A DNA stretch of 64,000 nt from a bacterium (GCA_046757025.1 JBHHXN010000004.1:1-64000); one strand, 5' to 3'. Counted from the stretch's first letter, positions 49,554 through 59,708 are shown. Notes: a model not told the origin generated them from the sequence alone. Made by a program: numbers and translations.

Positions 49554-50582
49554 TCAGGAAGCATCCTGCTGCACGGTGATTTCCGCCGCTTCCTCTAAAA
49601 CCTGCCGGTCTTTTACTTCCTCGGAAGTCGGGTCGGGAATGGTCTGCTTTGAACGCCACTGATCCAGGTAGCTCATCTGATGCACACAACTCACGGTGCA
49701 ATAGGTGCTGCAATTTTTATGGGTACGGTATTCCCGCTTGATGTCTTCCATCGTGTATTCATTAACAGGAATGGCAGGGTAACCGCGCTGCTGCGAACAC
49801 CAATGCACCTGTCCGAATTCACAAATATAGAGATAGCGAGCCCCTGCCCGGCATTTCCACCGATTGATTTTGCCTTCGATGAGTTTTTTTTGAAAAACAT
49901 GATAATTGACAAAATGCACAAACGATCTGGAAAGCTTGCCAATTTCATCATACACTTCACGCTGTGTTTTGCTCAGCGGCTTTAAGATGCCGTTTTCATC
50001 ATGCAGCAAACCGACGGTGCTGGAAAAACCGTAACCCTTGGCGCGCTTGGCGATGATGACCGCGTCCTGAGTTCGGTCCTCGCTCACCCCCATCACGGAA
50101 TTGATGTTGACTTTAAACCGGGCATGTCGCGCCAACAATTGCAGTTTTTTATCCAGCACTTTTAAGCTTTTATGGGAAACGTCGTCCGGTTCGATATTGT
50201 CGATGCTGATTTGCAGCTCCTGCAAACCAGCTTGGTTAAGCCGCTCAATGCGTTCTTTGGTGAGCAGATAACCGTTGGTGATCAAGGTCACAACCATGCC
50301 GTGCTTCCGAACATGCTCAATGATGATCTCCAGGTCGGGGTGCAATAACGGCTCTCCTCCCGTGCAGGTGACCACCGAAGTTTTTAGCCGGGCTAATGCT
50401 TCGATGCGCCGCTTCATCATGTCAAGTGGAATGGGCTCCGACACTTTATCATACTCGTTGCAATAAGTACAACTTAAGTTACAGCGACGCGTTACCACAA
50501 GGTGAGCTAAAAGAGGGTGAGACGTTGAAACCGTAGCACGACAGAGGAATTTTAGGAAGATCAGTAGCTCACGAATTTTCAT
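49554..50582 (-). CDS. Radical SAM protein, paralog of 48430..49440
   Basis: CNLSCTYC, GGEPLLHP, CRAG...HWC...CSTYCTVSC. Confidence 0.88.
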   Translation of the reverse strand: MKIRELLIFLKFLCRATVSTSHPLLAHLVVTRRCNLSCTYCNEYDKVSEPIPLDMMKRRIEALARLKTSVVTCTGGEPLLHPDLEIIIEHVRKHGMVVTLITNGYLLTKERIERLNQAGLQELQISIDNIEPDDVSHKSLKVLDKKLQLLARHARFKVNINSVMGVSEDRTQDAVIIAKRAKGYGFSSTVGLLHDENGILKPLSKTQREVYDEIGKLSRSFVHFVNYHVFQKKLIEGKINRWKCRAGARYLYICEFGQVHWCSQQRGYPAIPVNEYTMEDIKREYRTHKNCSTYCTVSCVHQMSYLDQWRSKQTIPDPTSEEVKDRQVLEEAAEITVQQDAS

Positions 50583-50590
50583 GAATTTCT

Positions 50591-52189
50591 CTATGAAGTG
50601 AATTTCTGTTTTTTCACATATATTGAACCTTCTAATGCAGCGCCGTTATTCCGAGAAGTCAATAAACTTTTTATCGGGTTAAAAACAGAAATTTTGTTTT
50701 CTTGTGAAAGCATGGTCAGGGCTGATACAAAAATACACACGCTGATAAAAAAAACCACGCTCATCAACAGCCAATAAAAAAAGGTGATATTTCCCGACAA
50801 CATGAGCAAAGCAGCGATGAATGAAAACAAATCTCTTCGACCGAAACCGTGCACCAGTCCAAAGAGCTTTAAATACCAAACTTTGTTTTTAGAATTTTTA
50901 AAAGCCGAAATTTCTTTATCAAAGGTTCTCATACTGCGTGAACCTTTTCTGCGCACGTAGAGCATGCCGTATTTTAACGCGACGATCAAAAAGGCAATAT
51001 TTATCACTGCCGCCACAAATACGATAAAATTTTGACTGGCGTTATAAGCACCAACCGTAACCCCGATGATAAATGCGATGTAAGACATTTGATCGGTGAT
51101 GGTATCCACCAGCGCGCCGGAGTTGGAATTCTTCAATTTGATCTTGGCCACTTCGCCATCGCAGCCGTCTAAAATCGACACCAGTTGAAACAGGATGCCG
51201 GCCACAATGGTGGTGACGACTTCCCCAAACGAAACCAGATACGCGATGAAAATCGTAAACAACAAGTTAAAAATAGAAATTTGATTCGGAGTAATCGGAG
51301 TTCGGATCAACCATTTGGTTATGTGATTCGAGATTTTGCGGTTGATGGATTTCGCAATGATTCCATCACTTTTGGAGCGGGTGGAATGCAGCAATATTTT
51401 TTCCGCGTGCCGGACATCCGGAATCGTGTCCACATCCTGCCAGTAGGAGTTTTCGATGTTGAACGTCCTCATGCGGTTGATCTGAGACAGCACGCGAATG
51501 CCTCCCGAAAGCGTGTAATCGCCGTTGGCCTGACTCTGGCGCAAGGCGTCAAATAAATGCGGGGTACAGACGAAGATTCCCACATCGATGGCGTTGAAAT
51601 CCGTGAGGCTTTTACCCAAATTGATGAGACGATTGTTCTCCGTCCGAACTTTGGTGGCGTCATCGAGATTGGGTACTCTATTCAACGCATAGTCCACACA
51701 TAAAAGCCCCTGATCGTTGCCCAGGTCGATGTCCACCAGTTTGCTCAAAATGTTGGGATCGAAGACGTGATCAGACATAAACAGAAAAAATTTACCTTCG
51801 ACGTATCGTTCTGCTTTTAACACGGAAATGCCATTAGGATTGCGCCAATCGAGATTGCGCACCCAGGTTATCTTAACCCCCAGTTTGTCAGCTTTGATGG
51901 TTTGGCGAATCCGCGCAGCCTGATACCCCAAAACGATGACAAATTCTTTCACCCCAGCCTTTTTTGCAGACAGAATCACCCGTTGCAGCAAAGGCATGCC
52001 CCCGACTTTGACTAATGGTTTGGGGCAGTTATTTTGATAACCGTGTAACCGGCTGCCGTTACCCGCTGCGATGATCACAGCTTTGGTGATGGATTCTTGT
52101 TTTTCTAAAAGTTCTGCGTTGGTGGAAGAGGAATTTACATCAGGTAGATAAGTAGAACAAGACGTATCATTTCGTAAATTGAATTGCAT
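50591..52189 (-). CDS. Bifunctional NTP-transferase / CDP-alcohol phosphatidyltransferase (IPCT/DIPPS-like)
   Basis: IIAAGNGSR..PKPL, MSDH, WQDVDT; then DG...NRKIS, TPNQIS, DGCDGEVAK...GALVDTITD plus TM helices. Confidence 0.85.
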   Translation of the reverse strand: MQFNLRNDTSCSTYLPDVNSSSTNAELLEKQESITKAVIIAAGNGSRLHGYQNNCPKPLVKVGGMPLLQRVILSAKKAGVKEFVIVLGYQAARIRQTIKADKLGVKITWVRNLDWRNPNGISVLKAERYVEGKFFLFMSDHVFDPNILSKLVDIDLGNDQGLLCVDYALNRVPNLDDATKVRTENNRLINLGKSLTDFNAIDVGIFVCTPHLFDALRQSQANGDYTLSGGIRVLSQINRMRTFNIENSYWQDVDTIPDVRHAEKILLHSTRSKSDGIIAKSINRKISNHITKWLIRTPITPNQISIFNLLFTIFIAYLVSFGEVVTTIVAGILFQLVSILDGCDGEVAKIKLKNSNSGALVDTITDQMSYIAFIIGVTVGAYNASQNFIVFVAAVINIAFLIVALKYGMLYVRRKGSRSMRTFDKEISAFKNSKNKVWYLKLFGLVHGFGRRDLFSFIAALLMLSGNITFFYWLLMSVVFFISVCIFVSALTMLSQENKISVFNPIKSLLTSRNNGAALEGSIYVKKQKFTS

Positions 52190-52544
52190 TTTTCCTCCGC
52201 TCCGGTAATTGACAAAAATTTAAAAAGTTCAATCATTTAAGCCGAAAACTCAAATGATTTTTTTCCCTCTAATGCTCCAGGTACTTGGGATAAAATCTAT
52301 ATTTCCAAATACAAGGCGTAAATATACAAAAACTTTTACAGTATGTCAAGAAATCTTTAAAATATACATCAAAAAGTAAACGACCGCAAATACAAGAAGT
52401 TTCACCGATTTTTAAGTTAACATCGGCCTTCATTTTCAGGCTGATTTTCAATCAAAATGTTCAATTGGTGAGCCATTTAAAGCGCCCGATTCCCGTGAAA
52501 ATGATCGGATTGAGCCGTAGTCAATTGAAACCAGAATTAACATC

Positions 52545-53948
52545 TTACTGTCGATTGACCTTCCACCAATCACCGCTTCGAATCAACAAAGCACGGGCGT
52601 ACTCCACGTGCGACCACATCAAAGGCGTGGCGAATTGAATGTAGCCGCCTTCGGGACTGGCTGCGTTCACAAACATGCACTTCTCACCGGTTTCACCGTA
52701 GGCACGAGCCATGTTGTTGGTTTCCTCTAATATTTTATCAAATTGCACATTTTCCAGCAAAATTGGCTCATGGAATTCTTTCTGGAAATCGACGCCCGTT
52801 TGCCATTCATTTTTCCTGAATTCCTCAAATCGCTTGCAGGTGGAGAGATGCTCAGGAATTTCACCCTGATCATTTTTATGAACGTCGATCAGTTGCAGCA
52901 GCTCATCCCCGCGTTTGAGGTTTCCCGACCAGTAGTGGTACTGAGCCAGGATGGCCGTATATTGCAGCCAGGGACCGTTGCCGGCATGCACGTGGGTAGC
53001 AAAATCCTTGCTGAAGGGAAGATAGCGCATGATCATGCCCAGCTCGGGATCCCACAACTGTTTTTCTAAGAAACTGACGCTCTTATTTAAAGCAGATCCA
53101 TAATGACAAAAGCCAAAATAAAAGGGACTCAGGAGGGTGAAATCCGGCCTCATGTCGATATTTCCCTGCGGATCGATGCGGCGAACATATCTTTCACCGT
53201 ACAGGAACAATTCACTCACAGAGTAGAGAAAATGCTTTCGAAAACGCAGGTGTGAATCAGAGATGAGGTTCTTTTCGTCCAACAGATTCGCCACTTCCTC
53301 TGCTAAGGAAAAGGCATACAAAAAAGCAAAATTGACCCAGCAGGTAAAGCCCTCTTCCAGCGCCGATTCATGGATGGAGGTGGTGGAATGAAACAGATTC
53401 AGCTCTTTCTGGTAAAAACGCTCGATAGCATACACCAGCGCCTGGTCGATTTTATAGAGCAGTTCTTCCAGCTCCGGAATAGCCTTCTTCAGGCGATGGC
53501 AAGCCAACAAATAATTGCAAATGATGGCAATGCCGTGCGCCAGGTTATCCTCCTGTTTGTAAATGCTTTTATCGCAACCGTCCAGGCCATAACGCTGACC
53601 CCAGTAACCGGAATCGGACAGGACATCTTTAATAAAATACGCCATGGAGCGCATGAGATCAAAGGCTTGCCCGGCCACATCATATCCGACCACTGAACCA
53701 GCTAATCGACGAAAAAGCTGCACAGCACAGTTACAGTCACGCGGATAAACATAAGGGTAGCGGGACTCCGGCGGGGAAGCCAATAGCAATCGCCCGTATT
53801 TTTCCGAAGAAATGGTACATTTTAGGATGATGTCCATTTGCTGAGTGAGCTGTTCGTTCAGCTTGATGGATTCTTTTTCTTTTACAGACATAGCAAAGGG
53901 TTTCCGTATTTTATCTTCATGAGTTAATACAGCAGCCCATAAGTTCAT
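52545..53948 (-). CDS. Glycoside hydrolase family 15-like (six-hairpin) protein
   Basis: YPYVYPRD, GNGPW, IPEH, TPLMWSHVEY; the start may be at 53891. Confidence 0.7.
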   Translation of the reverse strand: MNLWAAVLTHEDKIRKPFAMSVKEKESIKLNEQLTQQMDIILKCTISSEKYGRLLLASPPESRYPYVYPRDCNCAVQLFRRLAGSVVGYDVAGQAFDLMRSMAYFIKDVLSDSGYWGQRYGLDGCDKSIYKQEDNLAHGIAIICNYLLACHRLKKAIPELEELLYKIDQALVYAIERFYQKELNLFHSTTSIHESALEEGFTCWVNFAFLYAFSLAEEVANLLDEKNLISDSHLRFRKHFLYSVSELFLYGERYVRRIDPQGNIDMRPDFTLLSPFYFGFCHYGSALNKSVSFLEKQLWDPELGMIMRYLPFSKDFATHVHAGNGPWLQYTAILAQYHYWSGNLKRGDELLQLIDVHKNDQGEIPEHLSTCKRFEEFRKNEWQTGVDFQKEFHEPILLENVQFDKILEETNNMARAYGETGEKCMFVNAASPEGGYIQFATPLMWSHVEYARALLIRSGDWWKVNRQ

Positions 53949-54021
53949 TCTTCATGCATGGCCGGTCTCGCGCTTCGCCCCCCCCGTTACAGGACATCTC
54001 AGGGAAATAAAAATGGCGCCT

Positions 54022-55623
54022 TTAAAGATAGTCGTTTCGAAACACCGCCTTAACAACCGCCGGCAGGCTGCGGAGACGTTTCCACAAGCCATGGCCGTGC
54101 AGAAAATCCGTGAACACTTTAAATCGATTCACCGCGTTTTCACTATAGTTAAACCACCAGATATCGTTGTTGACAAGTCTGCGGGCAAACAACGACAGAA
54201 ATCTCCGCAGCAGGGGGCGGTCGGTGTTGATAAATTTCGGCTGCATCACTTCCATGACTCCCCAGGGACCGTGAGTGACGCCGAGGCCGCTGTTTTTGTG
54301 GCCGTTGTAGGGCGCTTCCATCTGTGCGATGTGAATGAGCAGATCGTTAATCATGACGCTGCCGGCCTGGAGCTTTTCAGCCAACGCCAGACCGCGTTTA
54401 CGGTTTTGTGTCCAGATGCTGGCAGCGAGACCGTACTCCGTACCGTTAGCCAGGGTCACCGCTTCTTCTTCCGTCGAAAAAGGCGTGACGGTGAGCAAAG
54501 GTCCGAAAATTTCCTCCTGCATCACGTCCATAGAGCGGTCCACGTTGGTTAAAATTGTCGGTTCAAAAAACCACGCTCCGAGCTCCTGGCGCGGCTTGCC
54601 GCCGGCGACAACCGAGGCGCCCTTTTGCCGGGCATTCTCCGCCAAACGCCGCACCTTTTCAAACTGGGCTTCGTTGATCAAACAAGAAATATCGCCAGTA
54701 CCGTTCTTCGAATTGAGACGGATTTTGCCGGCTTTTTCTACCAACATCCGCACAAAAGTCTCATAAATCGCTTCCTGCACGTAGAGCCGTTCCACAGAAA
54801 GACAGGCCTGTCCGGCGTTACAAAAGGCGCCCCATAAGGCACCGTTCACCGCTCGTTCGACCGGGGCATCCTCCAAAACGATCATGCAATCGTTGCCGCC
54901 CAGCTCCATGCTGACCGGCACCAGATTTTTGGCGGCCGATTGGTAGATCTTTTTCCCTACGGCGGTACTGCCCGTAAAAATGATCTTGTCCACTTTGGAA
55001 TTGACCAGAGCTTGTCCCACATCGCCCAGGCCGGTGACGATTTCCAGCACCCCCTTGGGCAGGTAGGCACGATCGAATATTTCTCGAATATTCAAACCGG
55101 TTAAAGTCGTCTGCTCCGACGGCTTGTGGATAACCACGTTGCCGGCCAGAATCGCCGGCACGATATGCTGCATGGCCAGAAGAAACGGATAATTCCAGGG
55201 TGAAATCACCAGAATCACACCCAGAGGCTCGTAGCGCACAAAGCCTTTTCGAAGTTTAAATATGGGGTTGCCCGATCGAATCGGTTGATCCCGAATTATT
55301 TTTGGAGTATTTTTTAAATAATATTTGAAGCAATCCAGCACCGGTAGTATTTCACTGGAATAGGCCTCTGCCAACGGTTTGCCGGTCTCTGCAGAGATAA
55401 TTTGGGCGACCTCATCCTGATAAAAATAAAATTGCCGATAGGCCTTTTTCCCCAGCTCGAGCCGGGTTTTCAAACTCAAATTGCTCCAGTTTTCTGAAGC
55501 GGTCTGCACTTTTTGAATGATGGCTGGTATTTCATCAATCGGAGTACTGGCGAATTCCCCGATGGCTTCTCCATTGCGGGGATTGATGGACTGCAGCGCG
55601 TCCGATTTGATTTTTAAGGTCAT
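54022..55623 (-). CDS. Aldehyde dehydrogenase family protein
   Basis: SPWNYP, KPSE, FTGS, MELGG, NAGQAC, EEIFGP. Confidence 0.92.
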   Translation of the reverse strand: MTLKIKSDALQSINPRNGEAIGEFASTPIDEIPAIIQKVQTASENWSNLSLKTRLELGKKAYRQFYFYQDEVAQIISAETGKPLAEAYSSEILPVLDCFKYYLKNTPKIIRDQPIRSGNPIFKLRKGFVRYEPLGVILVISPWNYPFLLAMQHIVPAILAGNVVIHKPSEQTTLTGLNIREIFDRAYLPKGVLEIVTGLGDVGQALVNSKVDKIIFTGSTAVGKKIYQSAAKNLVPVSMELGGNDCMIVLEDAPVERAVNGALWGAFCNAGQACLSVERLYVQEAIYETFVRMLVEKAGKIRLNSKNGTGDISCLINEAQFEKVRRLAENARQKGASVVAGGKPRQELGAWFFEPTILTNVDRSMDVMQEEIFGPLLTVTPFSTEEEAVTLANGTEYGLAASIWTQNRKRGLALAEKLQAGSVMINDLLIHIAQMEAPYNGHKNSGLGVTHGPWGVMEVMQPKFINTDRPLLRRFLSLFARRLVNNDIWWFNYSENAVNRFKVFTDFLHGHGLWKRLRSLPAVVKAVFRNDYL

Positions 55624-55774
55624 TGGAATCTTTCCTGTGCTTATTTTTTTAAAACTTAGCAGAGCGATTTAGCGTAACATTGGTTCAGGTGTTTAGAATC
55701 GAGGGTGTGCACGCTTCCCAGTCTGTGTGAAAAGTCGATACTGACTAAAAACTCATTCGCAAAATAGGCCGCCT

Positions 55775-56005
55775 TCAGCTCAAATTCAAAAAGGTGTGCA
55801 TTTCTTTGTCCAGGAATTTACTGTGTTCATCGTTCAAAGGGTCGAGCCGATATTCATTCATCAACATTAATTGTTGACTCATCCAGGCGCTCCAGCAGTC
55901 TTGACAGGTGGCGGCCAGAACCTTTTGTCCCAGCTCATTTTTGTAAGGAGCTTCTTCCAAAGCCAGGCTATCGTTCCCGCAACGGGCACATTTTACTACG
56001 GCCAT
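55775..56005 (-). CDS. yggX: Fe(II)-trafficking / oxidative damage protection protein YggX
   Basis: VKCAR, ELGQKV, CWSAW..Q.MLMNEYRL; AGGAGG RBS. Confidence 0.85.
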   Translation of the reverse strand: MAVVKCARCGNDSLALEEAPYKNELGQKVLAATCQDCWSAWMSQQLMLMNEYRLDPLNDEHSKFLDKEMHTFLNLS

Positions 56006-56065
56006 TTTTACCTCCTGAATTGGATTAGTTGGAATTAATCATTACAAACACCACAGCAGCGCGTT

Positions 56066-57445
56066 TTAATCCAGCATTTCAGAAACGCGCACAAGCTGAT
56101 ACCCGTGCTCTCGCAGGCCATCGATGATTTTGGGCAGCATTTTGTGGGGAAAGTCGTGCTTACGCATGCTGCCTAAATGCATGATGACGATGGCCCCGTT
56201 GGCGCCGCTGCTTTTTCCGTTGCCGAAATTCAACACCTTCTCATAAATCTCTTCGGCGCTGCGGTACGCTGTGGAAGTCGTGTCCGAAACCCAATCCAGA
56301 GTATCCATGTTATTTTCCCAGTCGTGCCCGATGGTCCAGCCGATGTGACGGTACCCCAATTCCGCAGCCCACTCGCGAATCTCCCGATTGTGCTCCCCGT
56401 ACGGCGCCCGCCACAGTCGATGAATGGTGGTACCGGTACAAGCCTGAAACGCCAGCGCAGTCTCATTGAGTTGCTTTTGCACAAATTCCCGAGTAACATC
56501 GGAGCGGGTCACATGTACTTTTTTATCGACAAATTCCGTGAGATGTGGATGGTTCCAGGTGTGGTTGCCGATGTCATGTCCTTCTGCCACCATTCTGCGC
56601 ACCAGATCAGCATGCTTGCGAATGTAGGTGCCGGACAGAAACATGGTGCACTTAACCTGTTTATCTTTTAAAATATCTAAAATTTCTTCACTGACATTGG
56701 CGAGATAGCCTCCGTCAAAAGTCAACGCGATTTTTGACTCCTCCCGATTCCCTCGCGTGAAATTTTTAGCCAGATAACTTACAGTTGGATTGCGATATTT
56801 AATGTGAATGGTTTGCAACGAAACCACTTTCCCATCTTCGGTCATGGCTTTCACAGTAAACACATTTTCGCCGCGTTTGGCTGTAATATCAGCAAATTCA
56901 AATTGGCCATTGTGCGGCAATGTCACCGCTTTAATTTGTTCATCCACCACCAGACAGATCATCTGGTTTTCCGGTGCTTCGCCCACAATATCTATGCGAT
57001 TGGACAACACCAGGGCGCCATCCTCTGGTTGGGCAATGGCAAGGGACGGCAAGGATTCAGCTAAAGGACGGGCGCTTTCAGAAGACACTTTTAATTCCTG
57101 CAATTTGAGCTCCATAACCCCGAGCTTTTGTCGAATATCCAGAACCAGCCAGATCGCAACAGCGAGTACCACTAATGGTAGAAGATTGAACAGATATTTC
57201 AAAAAAGAGGATTTCCAAATATTTTTAAGATCACGATAAATATACAAAGGCAATTGCAAAGGATTTTTTAGCCATTTTAAAAATCCGGTTACCAGGCTGA
57301 TGTTTCGATATCTTTTATAACATTTGATGCTGCAAAAATAGTGGTGATCGGCTAAAATCTGACAATCGGTGCAAATAAACTTCAGGCAGTGAAAACATTT
57401 GCGTTTGGTGGTAACATGTGGGTGATTCGAACAAAAGTCTGCCAT
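56066..57445 (-). CDS. Membrane-anchored polysaccharide deacetylase (CE4) with N-terminal B-box-like zinc finger
   Basis: CSNH...CFHC..ICTDC...FCSIKC, TM helix, Ig-like region, ALTFDGG, GNHTWNHP, RAPYG, IMHLG. Confidence 0.82.
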   Translation of the reverse strand: MADFCSNHPHVTTKRKCFHCLKFICTDCQILADHHYFCSIKCYKRYRNISLVTGFLKWLKNPLQLPLYIYRDLKNIWKSSFLKYLFNLLPLVVLAVAIWLVLDIRQKLGVMELKLQELKVSSESARPLAESLPSLAIAQPEDGALVLSNRIDIVGEAPENQMICLVVDEQIKAVTLPHNGQFEFADITAKRGENVFTVKAMTEDGKVVSLQTIHIKYRNPTVSYLAKNFTRGNREESKIALTFDGGYLANVSEEILDILKDKQVKCTMFLSGTYIRKHADLVRRMVAEGHDIGNHTWNHPHLTEFVDKKVHVTRSDVTREFVQKQLNETALAFQACTGTTIHRLWRAPYGEHNREIREWAAELGYRHIGWTIGHDWENNMDTLDWVSDTTSTAYRSAEEIYEKVLNFGNGKSSGANGAIVIMHLGSMRKHDFPHKMLPKIIDGLREHGYQLVRVSEMLD

Positions 57446-57862
57446 AAGAAATCAACATTAGACCTGATTTGAGTTGAGATGATTTTAAAATAATTTCTGT
57501 TAAAAGTCAAGCAAAATTTAGAACCGGCGGAAGGGAAGTTTGTTTGGTGTTTTAAGGATAATTCTGGGTGGAAAAGGCAGTCTAACTTTAAAAAAATATG
57601 GATGTTTCAGTATGAAACAGTGTAGTATCGTATAACGCCGGTTTTTGCGAATTTAATTAATTTCTTTTTAAGGGAAAAATTATGAGAATGGGCTTAATTA
57701 CAATTATTTTATATTAGTTATGCCAAATACAAAAAACGATATTTTTCTTAATTTTAATGTGGCACAATAGTTGTTAAACAAAGCATTACTTAATTAAAAA
57801 TATGACATTTAATTTTCAATGATATAATAAATAGAATTTCTCCATCCACCCCTCCTTTCCCT

Positions 57863-57892
57863 AAACGGCGGAGCATTAGTTCCGCCGTTTTT
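57863..57892. terminator. Terminator-like hairpin after the DUF4097 genes
   Basis: aaacggcgga-gcattagt-tccgccgttttt. Confidence 0.6.
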
Positions 57893-57898
57893 GGTTTG

Positions 57899-58687
57899 TT
57901 ACCGCTCCAAAATTTTAATGCTGCCATTGGTCGTGTGCAGACTGAGATGTCCTCCGCCGCGATTTATGGAACCGCGCAATCTTCTTCTGCTGATTTCACC
58001 TCGCACCTTTATGGGAAAATCGGTGCGGATGCTGCCATTGGTGGTGCGGGCATCCACGAACGCGCTAAAAGCAGCGGGTAAGTAAACGCGGATGCTGCCG
58101 TTGGTGGTTTTGAACGTCATGTCTTCGCCCTGATCGAAATTCAGCAGCTCCACTTCGATGCCGCCATTGGTGGTTTTAGCCTGCACCGAACCTCTGGCTT
58201 TTGCGATTTCAATTCGGCCGTTGGTGGAATGCACTTCGATTTCACCAGTGACCTCGGCGATGCTTACCCGCCCATTCACCGTGCCAATTTCCAGATCCAC
58301 TTTTTCTGGAACCAGCAAACGATACTCGACGCGGACCTGGGCGTTTTCTCCAAAAATGGCGCCCCAGAAGCCGTTCTGCCGTCTTGGAATATAGGTGTCG
58401 ATTCGGAGAAAGTCCATTTTTGAGTCGATCTCAATTTCAATCTCATCCATAATTTTTTCAGCGGTGCGGCGATCGTTGGCTCTAACAATTTTCTCTGCCC
58501 GGATGCGTACCTCGTCTCTATTCCACGATTCGATGATCACGTTGCCATTGGTATTGGAAAGTACAACTTTACTACCGCGCTGCAATTTAAACGTCTCATC
58601 TAAATGCTCGCGAATGGTGCCGGCGAAAAGCAGCGTCGCCAATCCCACAAGGATGAAAATGCTGTAGATAAAAATTCTCTTACGCAT
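57899..58687 (-). CDS. DUF4097 family beta-strand repeat protein
   Basis: Signal peptide; repeated TTNG/STNG motifs. Confidence 0.82.
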   Translation of the reverse strand: MRKRIFIYSIFILVGLATLLFAGTIREHLDETFKLQRGSKVVLSNTNGNVIIESWNRDEVRIRAEKIVRANDRRTAEKIMDEIEIEIDSKMDFLRIDTYIPRRQNGFWGAIFGENAQVRVEYRLLVPEKVDLEIGTVNGRVSIAEVTGEIEVHSTNGRIEIAKARGSVQAKTTNGGIEVELLNFDQGEDMTFKTTNGSIRVYLPAAFSAFVDARTTNGSIRTDFPIKVRGEISRRRLRGSINRGGGHLSLHTTNGSIKILER

Positions 58688-58712
58688 GGATTATCTCCCA
58701 AATTCGATCAGA

Positions 58713-59708
58713 TTACCATTTTCTAAGAAAAATATTACCCTCTTCAGTGAAGGCGATAATTCGCACCCGCCCTTCACCCAACCGATCATCTAAACGCTCG
58801 CCGTCTTCCCCGCGTCGGTTTATCTCCACAGGAAAGTCAGTGCGAATGCGGCCTTCCGTGGTTTCCACTCGAAAATCGGCTTCGATATCGGCAGGCAGAT
58901 AAATCTCGATATCTCCTTCATCCGTGCGAAATTTGCAGCGTCCTTTTTTGTAAATCTCCACCTCGGCTTCGATATCACCCTCATCGGTTTCCACGTCCAG
59001 CAGTTTGGCTTTCAAGCCTTTTAAAATAAAATCGCCCTCATCGCTGCTGAGTCCGCATTCTTCCAGCTCGCAATTGTACAAACGCACCGCTCCTTCATCG
59101 ATATTTGCATAAAAGGTGGTGTTTTTCCCGCCAAGGTCTTCCGCCTTCAAATGGCCCTCATCGAGTTCGATGTTCAAACGGATGGCGGTTAACTTTTTTA
59201 AATCGATGTTGCCTTCATCCACTTTAATACGCGCGCTTCCGGAGAGGCCTTTAACCTCCACATCCCCTTCGTCGTTTTCAATTTTCAGATTCACTTGCCG
59301 GGGCAGAGTGAGTTTGTAGTCGATCTGATACTCTCCCCTGCGCCGCCGGCGGTGGTCATCAAAAATATCCCAGAAACTGCCGCCGTGATCGTGGTAATAA
59401 TCGATTTCTCGAATATAGAGACGTGTGTCTGAATGCTCGATTTCGATTTCCAGTTCGTTCATCAGCTCTTCTGCGAGCTCTTCATTGCGGTGCCAGACCT
59501 TTTTGGTGATTTTTAAAAAGGCCTCGTTTTTATCCCAGGAATCAACCACAATCGTACCTTCGTCGCCGATGATGGTCACGGAGCTGTTTAATTTCAGTTT
59601 AAAAGTCTTTTCTTCAACTTTTTTAATTTCTTTGCTGACCCCCGACTCAAACCCTAGTAGAGTACAAACCGCCATCAGAATGAATATTTTAGATTTCATT
59701 TTTTGCAC
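58713..59708 (-). CDS. DUF4097 family beta-strand repeat protein
   Basis: Signal peptide; repeated xDEG motifs. Confidence 0.78.
   Translation of the reverse strand: MQKMKSKIFILMAVCTLLGFESGVSKEIKKVEEKTFKLKLNSSVTIIGDEGTIVVDSWDKNEAFLKITKKVWHRNEELAEELMNELEIEIEHSDTRLYIREIDYYHDHGGSFWDIFDDHRRRRRGEYQIDYKLTLPRQVNLKIENDEGDVEVKGLSGSARIKVDEGNIDLKKLTAIRLNIELDEGHLKAEDLGGKNTTFYANIDEGAVRLYNCELEECGLSSDEGDFILKGLKAKLLDVETDEGDIEAEVEIYKKGRCKFRTDEGDIEIYLPADIEADFRVETTEGRIRTDFPVEINRRGEDGERLDDRLGEGRVRIIAFTEEGNIFLRKW

Noticed and set aside
57816..57858. Micro-ORF MEKFYLLYH on the minus strand with a strong AAAGGAGG SD
   Set aside because: Only 9 codons in AT-rich DNA; cannot be supported without conservation or ribosome data.
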